Below are positions 18,327-25,541 of a stretch of 45,557 nt of DNA, one piece after another. The notes below the pieces were generated by a model. That model saw only the letters and a program-made list of their open reading frames with translations. It ran no database searches and had not been told where the DNA came from. This DNA is from an uncultured Candidatus Saccharibacteria bacterium. Lineage in GTDB: Bacteria; Patescibacteriota; Saccharimonadia; Saccharimonadales; AWTP1-31. The DNA lies in NCBI GenBank assembly GCA_964409615.1, contig CAYPDT010000001.1, forward strand, positions 653,102 through 698,658, given 5' to 3'. The position numbers and the translations under genes are program-made. Each line of letters begins with the position of its first letter. The stretch's first letter is position 1.

Positions 18327-18710
18327 TTACTTCGGTACATCCATTGCAGCAAGATAGGCATCTTGACCACCATAGAACGGGTAAATAACATCCGTATGTA
18401 CAGGGTCACAATCTCCAACGCGCAATCCGGCGTAATCTAAATCACATAAAGAATCTGCAATTACAGCCAGCCCTGCTTCCAAATCTCCTTGGCCCATGTC
18501 TTCGAGGACTCGGTTATTTATCTGTATACTAAGACCCTCTCGTACCAGTAGTTCTATATACGGTGTTCTTTTTTCAGGGTTATCGGGGTAGAAGGTCTTT
18601 GTAAAATGCAAGCAAACTCCATCCTTACTGATAGCAGGCATAAGTATTCTCTTGATTTTTCTTTCAGCGATACGTGTATCTGTTAGCCCAGGAAAGGGAA
18701 CGCGCTCCAT
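18327..18710 (-). CDS. hypothetical protein (127 aa)
   Basis: An ORF with ATG at 18710 placed exactly 7 nt after an extended -10 box. No family recognised. Confidence 0.5.
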   Translation of the reverse strand: MERVPFPGLTDTRIAERKIKRILMPAISKDGVCLHFTKTFYPDNPEKRTPYIELLVREGLSIQINNRVLEDMGQGDLEAGLAVIADSLCDLDYAGLRVGDCDPVHTDVIYPFYGGQDAYLAAMDVPK

Positions 18711-18716
18711 AAATAA

Positions 18717-18745
18717 ACAATACCACATAAATCGGTATTTGTCTA
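18717..18745 (-). promoter_or_regulatory. promoter TAGACA-17-(TGg)TATTGT, leaderless geometry
   Basis: The minus strand reads TAGACAaataccgatttatgTGGTATTGTttatttATG. Confidence 0.5.
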
Positions 18746-18776
18746 CTTTGTAAGCCTTAACTTTAGAGGTTTAAAA

Positions 18777-19112
18777 CTACTCCCAGCCAGATGGTTTATA
18801 TCCAGCTTCATGAGCATCAATTATTGCTTGTTCTTCATACCCTTGGCGATTATTTCTAAGGTGACGCTTCACTCGTCGCATAGCAGAGTTAGCCTTGTGT
18901 GTCTTCCATGCATGACCAATCAGTTCAATATCAGTGGCAACTTCATTCATGCTGTGAATTACTTCCTTATCCGCCATTCTTTGGGTGACAAGATTACCTA
19001 GTTCCTGAGAGGCCTGTTCTCGAAGGAGAAGTTCCTGGCGCAATTCAACGGCGACCTGCTGCTCATGTTCAGATAGGCCTGGTTGTATCGGTGTTTTTTG
19101 TTCAGGGGACAT
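18777..19112 (-). CDS. hypothetical protein (111 aa, predicted helical)
   Basis: An ORF whose ATG at 19112 sits 7-8 nt after the -10 box. The ATG at 19118 starts 1 nt after the -10 and is unlikely to be transcribed. No family recognised. Confidence 0.5.
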   Translation of the reverse strand: MSPEQKTPIQPGLSEHEQQVAVELRQELLLREQASQELGNLVTQRMADKEVIHSMNEVATDIELIGHAWKTHKANSAMRRVKRHLRNNRQGYEEQAIIDAHEAGYKPSGWE

Positions 19113-19119
19113 AAGCATA

Positions 19120-19148
19120 ATATTACCATAAGAAAGAAGAAATGTCAA
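19120..19148 (-). promoter_or_regulatory. promoter TTGACA-17-(TGg)TAATAT, leaderless geometry
   Basis: The minus strand reads TTGACAtttcttctttcttaTGGTAATATtATGcttATG: a consensus -35, a 17-nt spacer and an extended -10. Confidence 0.65.
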
Positions 19149-19296
19149 TCTAGTAGGCCCGACTGGGTGACCACACATCTGTACTCGTTCTCGAAGTAAA
19201 CTTCTGCGAGCGAGCTTGATGACCGAACAGGCAATCTGGCATCTTTGCTAAAGCAAATCTGCATCGCCTTGCTTTAAACTCAGGCGCACCAACCAA

Positions 19297-19323
19297 ACAA
19301 AAAGACCCATCTCTCGATGAGTC
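19297..19323 (-). terminator. intrinsic terminator downstream of tRNA-Asp
   Basis: The minus strand reads GACTCATC-GAGA-GATGGGTC followed by TTTTT. Confidence 0.55.
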
Positions 19324-19331
19324 GTTTTGTT

Positions 19332-19409
19332 TGGCGGGCCCGACCGGATTCGAACCGGCGATCTCCTCCGTGACAGGGAGGCGTGTTAGGCCAGCTACAC
19401 CACGGGCCC
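19332..19409 (-). tRNA. tRNA-Asp (anticodon GUC), CCA encoded
   Basis: The reverse complement folds as GGGCCCG-TG-GTGT..ACAC-G-CCTCC-CTGTCAC-GGAGG-AGATC-GCCGG-TTCGAAT-CCGGT-CGGGCCC-G-CCA. Confidence 0.85.
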
Positions 19410-19498
19410 GCATTATCACTCTGTTTTGTAGAGATTCTACATGAACTAAAATGACAGATGATAGTCTAACAATTTAAGGGGTAAAAAGCAACAGAGTT

Positions 19499-19507
19499 TG
19501 CTATAAT
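19499..19507 (+). promoter_or_regulatory. extended -10 promoter (TGcTATAAT) for the tRNA-Thr/tRNA-Gly pair
   Basis: TGc at 19499-19501 and TATAAT at 19502-19507. The tRNA-Thr 5' end is 13 nt downstream. Confidence 0.5.
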
Positions 19508-19519
19508 TTGCCAGGATAC

Positions 19520-19595
19520 GCCACCTTAGCTCAGTTGGTAGAGCGACGCACTCGTAACGCGTAGGTCGCCGGTTCGATTCCGGCAGGTGGCTCCA
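19520..19595 (+). tRNA. tRNA-Thr (anticodon CGU), CCA encoded, discriminator U
   Basis: GCCACCT-TA-GCTC..GAGC-G-ACGCA-CTCGTAA-CGCGT-AGGTC-GCCGG-TTCGATT-CCGGC-AGGTGGC-T-CCA. Confidence 0.85.
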
Positions 19596-19611
19596 GAGGT
19601 GAAAAATACAA

Positions 19612-19686
19612 GCGGGTATCGTATAACGGCTATTATGTATCCTTCCCAAGGATGAGACGAGAGTTCGACTCTCTCTACCCGCACCA
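19612..19686 (+). tRNA. tRNA-Gly (anticodon CCC), CCA encoded
   Basis: GCGGGTA ... TATCC-TTCCCAA-GGATG ... GAGAG-TTCGACT-CTCTC-TACCCGC-A-CCA. Confidence 0.85.
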
Positions 19687-19741
19687 ACTACACGTAGCCA
19701 CTAGTCCGCTGTATCTAAAAAGTGTAGAATTAACCGTATAC

Positions 19742-20098
19742 ATGTCTATACCTAAAAAATATCTTCGCGATCGTATCGTCTTACTATTGTTGAGTATTAG
19801 TGTTTTCTTAACTTTGCTCGGAAGTGTCCTTATCTTACTCAGATTAGGTAGTGGTCAGGGCAGCAGTTATATCGTTGAATACCGTGCCAACCTGGGCATC
19901 AGTGCTTATACCGCTGGTCGTGCCATAGATATTATCGGCTTTATCTTGTTCCTTTTCTTAGTACTGGGGATGAATATTGTATTAAGTATCAAAGTGTATA
20001 GTCATCACCGCAGCTATGCATTAACAGTACTCGGCATGGGTGTTTTACTGAGTCTGCTGACAATTATCGTAAGCAATGCACTACTAATTTTGAGGTAA
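19742..20098 (+). CDS. small polytopic membrane protein (118 aa)
   Basis: The ATG at 19742 avoids overlap with tRNA-Gly (ORF-track start 19652 lies inside the tRNA). Three or four hydrophobic helices. It lies directly upstream of the GT2 gene. Confidence 0.55.
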   Translation: MSIPKKYLRDRIVLLLLSISVFLTLLGSVLILLRLGSGQGSSYIVEYRANLGISAYTAGRAIDIIGFILFLFLVLGMNIVLSIKVYSHHRSYALTVLGMGVLLSLLTIIVSNALLILR

Positions 20099-20100
20099 CC

Positions 20101-21699
20101 ATGAAAGTACAAGATATCGAGATTCCTTACGAAAACCAACGGAGCCGCCGATATCGCTTTTTTGAGATACTCCCAGGTGTTCTAACCTGGAGTATTTTCA
20201 TATTGCCGTTTGTTTTAGCATTCGTTGCACCCCATGTACTGATATTTATTTTTATAACCTACATACTATTGTGGTTCGTGAAGTCTGTTGGTATGTTGGT
20301 TCGAAACTTCCAAGGTCTCAAGCGAATGGAAGAGTTCAAAGCTCTTGATTGGCGAGCTATGGACAGTGATTTGCAAAACGGATCTATACCTGAAGATAGA
20401 ATTGCACCAGACTGGCACAAAGATAACCTACATCGAGTTAAAGATATTAAACCCAACGATGTCTACCATGCCATTATCATTGCTGCATATAACGAGACTC
20501 GAGAAGTGCTAGAACCAACTATCCAGTCGGTACTTGATTCTAATTACGACATGAAGAAGGTAATTCTGGTGCTCGCTTACGAGGGGCGTGATGGTGCTCA
20601 AGCCGAACAGCCTTGCTTGGATCTAGCTAAAGAATATGGCCATCGTTTCGGTCATACCTTGACCAGTAAACACCCCTTTAATCCTAAAGAAGTAAGGGGC
20701 AAGGGCGGCAATATTACATATGCAGCCCGAGAGCTCGAGGGTTATCTTCAAAAGAATAGCATTGATCCGATGAATGTTATTGTAACCACGCTCGATTCGG
20801 ATAACCGACCTCATAAAGAATACCTTGCTTCACTTACGTACTTATATGTTGTCTGCCCAGACCCGTTATACGCATCATTTCAGCCGGTTCCAATTTATAC
20901 AAACAATATCTGGGACGCTCCAGCACCGATGCGGGTAATTGCTACTGGTAACTCATTCTGGAACATCGTGCTGTCTATGCGCCCGCATATGATTCGCAAT
21001 TTCTCGTCACACGCCCAGGGGATGGCAGCCCTTATTAAGACTGATTACTGGAGCGTTCGCACTGTTGTCGAAGACGGGCATCAGTTTTGGCGAACTTACT
21101 TCAGGTTTGACGGCAAGCACGAGGTCTATCCCTTATACCTGCCAATCTATCAAGATGCAGTATTCTCATCCTCGTACCTTAAAACACTCAAAATGCAGTT
21201 TATCCAGATTCGCCGGTGGGCCTGGGGTGCATCCGATATAGCTTACGTTGTTGATAAGGGCTTCTTTAGTAAAAATAAGGTGCCCAAGAAAGACCTTATT
21301 ATGAAGTTAGCTCGATTGACCGAAGGGCATATCAGCTGGGCAACTTCGGCCATTATCCTTTTGGTAGGTGGCTTTATCCCGCAGCTTATAAATCCGCTCG
21401 ACTACTCATCCAATCAGTTACCTATATTAGCTGGTCGTATTCAGACGGTGGCAATGGTAGGTATTCTAGCTACGCTGTACCTTAGTCTTAAGACACTTCC
21501 TCCTAAGCCGGCACGCTACAAGCGCCACCGAACCATCTTTATGGTTCTGCAGTGGGTGCTCCTACCAGTGACCACTATCTTGTATAACGCCTGTGCTGCT
21601 ATTAATGCCCAAACCAGACTGATGTTCGGCCGATATCTCGATAAATTTGACGTTACCGATAAGGCTACCAAAACAGTCGACAACAAAACTGTCATTTAG
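20101..21699 (+). CDS. membrane glycosyltransferase family 2 (processive, cellulose-synthase-like architecture)
   Basis: IIIAAYNE, TLDSDN and the QIRRWAWG (QxxRW) motif, flanked by TM helices. Confidence 0.8.
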   Translation: MKVQDIEIPYENQRSRRYRFFEILPGVLTWSIFILPFVLAFVAPHVLIFIFITYILLWFVKSVGMLVRNFQGLKRMEEFKALDWRAMDSDLQNGSIPEDRIAPDWHKDNLHRVKDIKPNDVYHAIIIAAYNETREVLEPTIQSVLDSNYDMKKVILVLAYEGRDGAQAEQPCLDLAKEYGHRFGHTLTSKHPFNPKEVRGKGGNITYAARELEGYLQKNSIDPMNVIVTTLDSDNRPHKEYLASLTYLYVVCPDPLYASFQPVPIYTNNIWDAPAPMRVIATGNSFWNIVLSMRPHMIRNFSSHAQGMAALIKTDYWSVRTVVEDGHQFWRTYFRFDGKHEVYPLYLPIYQDAVFSSSYLKTLKMQFIQIRRWAWGASDIAYVVDKGFFSKNKVPKKDLIMKLARLTEGHISWATSAIILLVGGFIPQLINPLDYSSNQLPILAGRIQTVAMVGILATLYLSLKTLPPKPARYKRHRTIFMVLQWVLLPVTTILYNACAAINAQTRLMFGRYLDKFDVTDKATKTVDNKTVI

Positions 21700-21713
21700 C
21701 TCAGCTCACTCTG

Positions 21714-22115
21714 TTATATACGGTGATATGCAGCATACTGTGTTGATGCTGCCGCATCAAAGCGCGCCAGCACTTTAATTGATTCTTGTATGATTACAGC
21801 CCTATCGAGAACAGCATCATGAACCAAGGGGTAAAGATGGCTAATAATAGTGTCTGTGAGCGCACTGGCATCTTCCAGGGCTGTTTTTCTGTGCTTAAGG
21901 CTATCATGAATGCTCACAAACAATCTGTCGCGCGAGAAAGCTTCCTGACGGGTCTTATGGGTTACCATTACAGCCTTGCTCGCATCTAACTTCTCGAGGG
22001 TGGTAACAACTGCGCCGCAATCATTACAGTTGCGACGTCGCCAAATACTATTTTGTTTTTTTTGAGTCCGAGAGTTGCTGACTCGTGTTTCTCCTTCACA
22101 ATATACACATACCAT
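21714..22115 (-). CDS. nrdR: transcriptional repressor NrdR
   Basis: MVCVYCEGETRVSNSR...RRRNCNDCGAVVTTLEK (zinc ribbon) followed by an ATP-cone-like region (VTHKTRQEAFSRDRLFVSI). The start at 22115 is chosen because NrdR proteins begin at the zinc ribbon and because of promoter geometry. Confidence 0.85.
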   Translation of the reverse strand: MVCVYCEGETRVSNSRTQKKQNSIWRRRNCNDCGAVVTTLEKLDASKAVMVTHKTRQEAFSRDRLFVSIHDSLKHRKTALEDASALTDTIISHLYPLVHDAVLDRAVIIQESIKVLARFDAAASTQYAAYHRI

Positions 22116-22130
22116 GTCTATATATTGACA
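22115..22130 (-). promoter_or_regulatory. NrdR-box-like palindrome overlapping the nrdR promoter (TGtCAATAT extended -10)
   Basis: The minus strand tgtCaAtATaTaGaca matches the core CwAtATaTwG of the published NrdR box consensus acaCwAtATaTwGtgt. It overlaps the -10 box and the start codon. Confidence 0.4.
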
Positions 22131-22471
22131 TACCGCTGTTGATAATACTAGTGGATAACCACAAAAAGTATGAGGATAAGTCCTGAAAATAATACAAATT
22201 TTAAGTAACGAAGAAGACAACCGTGTGGCCCAAACAGGTTAAAAATGTTACTTTGCGTCGCTTGAATACGGTATTAACCGATATACGTACGAACGCGTTT
22301 GATTCGGCTCAATTGCTTGGGGGAAAGCAACTCTTCATAGAAAAGTTGAAAGCTCTCAAGCGAGCCTTGTTTCTTGGTACTCAAAACCAAAAACACCTCA
22401 ATTAACACGCTAATGTTAACATAAAACAAAGGGTAAGTCAATGTACATAACAGATTGTACAACGCATAATA

Positions 22472-22510
22472 TATAAAAATCCTCCGTAACTCGTAATGAG
22501 TAACGGAGGA
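22472..22510 (-). terminator. intrinsic terminator after tRNA-Val
   Basis: The minus strand reads TCCTCCGTTACTC-attac-GAGTTACGGAGGA followed by TTTTTAT. Confidence 0.65.
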
Positions 22511-22587
22511 TGGTGGGCGATATAGGATTCGAACCTATCACCTCCACAACGTCAATGTGGCGCTCTAGCCAAATGAGCTAATCGCCC
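22511..22587 (-). tRNA. tRNA-Val (anticodon GAC), CCA encoded
   Basis: The reverse complement is GGGCGAT-TA-GCTC..GAGC-G-CCACA-TTGACGT-TGTGG-AGGTG-ATAGG-TTCGAAT-CCTAT-ATCGCCC-A-CCA. Confidence 0.85.
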
Positions 22588-22825
22588 AAAATAACCATGT
22601 TACTTTAACACAACACCAGGCAGAAGGCTAGAGGTGTAGTAATAGCTGACAGCATGGTAGGCAACGCCACATGTGATATAAGTACCTAAATACTTATCCC
22701 CAGGCAAAAGTGTAGAAAAAACGTCATTTATGTACTAGCCATATAGTACCAACCTTGTTATCATTGGATGGTGAAGTTTTGAGATTAGTTTTTTTGAAAA
22801 CCAATCTGGGCAGTCCGCTTAAAAG

Positions 22826-22866
22826 GAAAAAGGTTGAATGCAATGCGAGAACATTCAACCTTTTTT
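22826..22866 (+). terminator. intrinsic terminator-like hairpin upstream of the thrS leader
   Basis: AAAAAGGTTGAATG-caatgcgagaa-CATTCAACCTTTTTT: the A and T flanks make it potentially bidirectional. Confidence 0.6.
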
Positions 22867-22868
22867 CA

Positions 22869-22897
22869 TTGGCTAACTCCTTAGTAACAGATATGAT
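22869..22897 (+). promoter_or_regulatory. candidate thrS promoter TTGGCT-17-TATGAT
   Basis: TTGGCT at 22869-22874, a 17-nt spacer and TATGAT at 22892-22897. The predicted TSS near 22904 gives a leader of about 205 nt. Confidence 0.5.
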
Positions 22898-22903
22898 ATA
22901 CTT

Positions 22904-23079
22904 ATGTCAGCGAAGAAACGGACTCACCACCCGTGGAGCTGGCCAAACAAGGTAAGAGCAGGGCATAAAATAGCGCTTACAAGAGTATAAGTCTTAGGTG
23001 GAACCTCCTTAGCAACGCTAAGGACCCAAGACGCGGATGTGTTTAGTGTAATGCGAGAATACTAAACCCCGCGTTTTTT
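22904..23079 (+). promoter_or_regulatory. structured thrS 5' leader ending in a terminator hairpin; T-box-like candidate
   Basis: AGGTGGAACC (22996-23005) contains UGGA, which is complementary to the UCCA end of the in-window tRNA-Thr. It is followed by a perfect 8-bp hairpin (23006-23024), then hairpin ACGCGG..GTTTAGT-loop-ACTAAAC..CCGCGT and TTTTTT (23031-23079) just before the thrS SD. Confidence 0.4.
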
Positions 23080-23109
23080 AATTGATTACCAAACATACAA
23101 GGAGAAGTT

Positions 23110-24924
23110 ATGGCACAAGATAAAGACCAATTACATGCAATGCGACATTCGCTTGCTCATATTATGGCGACTGCCGTAACAACTCTTTGGCCAGAAGTGA
23201 AGTTGGGCGTTGGACCGGTGGTAGAGAATGGCTTTTACTACGATATAGACCTTGGTGACCAGAAGATTTCCGAAGAGGACTTTAGTAAGATTGAAAAAAA
23301 GATGCGGGGCATTATTGCTCAGAATCAGCAATTTGAAAAATTTGATCTACCAGTTGATGAAGCTATTGATTGGGCCAAGAAAGCTAAGCAGCCTTATAAA
23401 GAAGAATTACTAAACGACCTTAAGCGGGCAGGTACCACAGTCGCCAAAGACTTGAGCGCCGATGAAATGGGCACCGTTGCCGATAGCGATGGTAAAGTCG
23501 AGAACGTCTCGTTTTATAAAAATGGTGATTTTACCGATTTATGTCGCGGGCCGCATGTAGCATCAACAGGGGGGGTCGGTGCTTTCAAGCTCATGCGAGT
23601 CGCCGGTGCTTATTGGCGTGGCAACGAAAAGAATCCCCAAATGCAGCGCTTGTATGGGGTAGCCTTCCAATCAGAGGACGAGCTCAATCATTACATAGAG
23701 ATGCAGGAAGAGGCAAAAGCCCGAGACCACCGAAAATTGGGGAAAGAGCTAGACTTATTCTCGAGCTCGCAGTTAATAGGGGCAGGCCTCCCGCTATTCA
23801 GTCCGCGCGGCACTGTGTTACGAGATAATATCAATCAGTTGGCACAGAATTATCGTTTGTCACGTGGGTACCAGAAGGTATGGATTCCGCATATTGCCAA
23901 ACTAGATACCTATAAGACCTCTGGGCACCTCGAGAAATTTCCAGAACTGCTACGATTCACCTCGAGTGAGTCGGGCGATGAGCTAGCACTTAAGCCGGTA
24001 AATTGTCCACATCATACACAGATTTATTCTTCTCAACCAAGGAGTTATCGAGATTTGCCTCTCAAATACCTCGAAACCACATCTGTTTATCGTGATGAAA
24101 AAAGTGGTGAGCTTGGCGGCCTCACTCGAGTGCGTGCTATCACTCAAGATGACTCACATGTTTTCTGTACTGAGAATCAGGTTGAACAGATATTCAAAGA
24201 GCTTCTTGAAAGTGCTAAGGAGATGTACGGACTATTAGACCTAAAATTATCACTACGCTTATCTTTTAGAGATGAAGCCGACAACTATCTGGGTGATGCA
24301 CAAACATGGGAACGTGCAGAATCAACCATCCAGAAGTTGGCTGATTCATTTGAACTTGAGTATGAGGTTGGACTTGGTGAGGCGGCAATCTATGGACCAA
24401 AAATGGACTTCATGGCAACTGATGCTTTGGGTCGTAAAACGCAACTTGCAACAGTCCAGCTCGACTATGCCCAGCCAGAGCGATTTAACCTTGAATATGT
24501 TGCCGAAGATGGCAGTCGTCAACGGCCCATTATGATTCACTGCGCTCTATTGGGTTCAATCGAGCGATTCCTGAGTATTTATATTGAGCACGTTGCTGGC
24601 TGGTTCCCATTCTGGATTGCACCAGAACAGGTTCGTATACTAACCATCAATGATACCGTTGATGACTATGTTTCAAAAATCTCAGAAGTTTTAGATGAAA
24701 GTCTACTCATGAAGCCAATTAAATATAACGAAATACGCTACACGGTCGACAATCGTAACGAATCGTTAGGTCGTAAAATACGTGATGCCGTTGGGCTAAA
24801 AATTCCAGTAGTCATGATAGTTGGGCCAAAAGACGTAGACGCAGGAGAGGTCAGCGTACGATTGAAAGATGGTGAGCAAAAAGTTAAGCTGCAAGACCTA
24901 AAGGCTTTTATTCAAGCATTGTAG
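23110..24924 (+). CDS. thrS: threonine--tRNA ligase (no N-terminal TGS domain)
   Basis: MRHSLAHIMATAV (HxxxH of the editing domain), CRGPH, class II motifs (YRDEKSGELGGLTRVRAITQDDSHVF and GPKMDF), and a C-terminal anticodon-binding domain. AAGGAG SD. Confidence 0.92.
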   Translation: MAQDKDQLHAMRHSLAHIMATAVTTLWPEVKLGVGPVVENGFYYDIDLGDQKISEEDFSKIEKKMRGIIAQNQQFEKFDLPVDEAIDWAKKAKQPYKEELLNDLKRAGTTVAKDLSADEMGTVADSDGKVENVSFYKNGDFTDLCRGPHVASTGGVGAFKLMRVAGAYWRGNEKNPQMQRLYGVAFQSEDELNHYIEMQEEAKARDHRKLGKELDLFSSSQLIGAGLPLFSPRGTVLRDNINQLAQNYRLSRGYQKVWIPHIAKLDTYKTSGHLEKFPELLRFTSSESGDELALKPVNCPHHTQIYSSQPRSYRDLPLKYLETTSVYRDEKSGELGGLTRVRAITQDDSHVFCTENQVEQIFKELLESAKEMYGLLDLKLSLRLSFRDEADNYLGDAQTWERAESTIQKLADSFELEYEVGLGEAAIYGPKMDFMATDALGRKTQLATVQLDYAQPERFNLEYVAEDGSRQRPIMIHCALLGSIERFLSIYIEHVAGWFPFWIAPEQVRILTINDTVDDYVSKISEVLDESLLMKPIKYNEIRYTVDNRNESLGRKIRDAVGLKIPVVMIVGPKDVDAGEVSVRLKDGEQKVKLQDLKAFIQAL

Positions 24925-24926
24925 CC

Positions 24927-25541
24927 ATGAGGCAGAAGTTAATAGCAGTTGATATAGACGATGTCCTGAGTTCACAGGTAGATGCACTCATTGATTTTGT
25001 TGCCCAGCACTACGACCTGGAGCTAACGGTAGACAACTTCAAAGCACCCGGCGACTACTGGACTTATTTCGAACAACTCCCTGGTTTAGACCCAGAGCTT
25101 AGCGCTAAGATGTTTCAATCGTTTCTTGATGCCGAGAAGCCTTTTGATCAAGTCATATCCCCGGAGGCCATCCAGACAATCCGTTATCTTCAAGAGAAGG
25201 GCTACCGGCTAGAAGTTATTACGTCTCGAGGTCTACAATGGCAGGTCGGTACCGAAGCGTGGCTCGAAAAACACCTTCCGAACGTATTTAATAACGTCCA
25301 TTTTGTAGAACTGTGGAATAAAGATAATACAAAGGCTACTAAAGCTATGATTTGCCAAGAGATTGGTGCGGGCTATCTTATTGACGATAATGCCGAGCAC
25401 TGTAATCTTGCAGATGAAGCTGGGGTGCAGGCTCTGTTATTTGGTGAATGGGGCTGGAACATGTTCCAGACTGTTAGACCAGGGGTGCGAAGAGTTCTGG
25501 ATTGGAAAGCAGTTCGGGAGTATTTTGATGAGCAGGGTTGA
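24927..25541 (+). CDS. HAD-superfamily hydrolase, 5'(3')-deoxyribonucleotidase-like
   Basis: The N-terminal IAVDIDDVL (DxDxV/T nucleophile motif), and a size and pattern consistent with the NT5C-like subfamily. Confidence 0.55.
   Translation: MRQKLIAVDIDDVLSSQVDALIDFVAQHYDLELTVDNFKAPGDYWTYFEQLPGLDPELSAKMFQSFLDAEKPFDQVISPEAIQTIRYLQEKGYRLEVITSRGLQWQVGTEAWLEKHLPNVFNNVHFVELWNKDNTKATKAMICQEIGAGYLIDDNAEHCNLADEAGVQALLFGEWGWNMFQTVRPGVRRVLDWKAVREYFDEQG

Noticed and set aside
19150-19649. ORFs 19150-19419 (-), 19446-19649 (-) and the 5' part of 19652-20098 (+)
   Set aside because: They overlap tRNA-Asp, tRNA-Thr and tRNA-Gly. The plus-strand membrane protein is better started at 19742.
22755-22955. 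66-aa TTG-initiated ORF upstream of thrS
   Set aside because: It runs through a terminator hairpin and the predicted thrS promoter and leader. A regulatory RNA is the better explanation.
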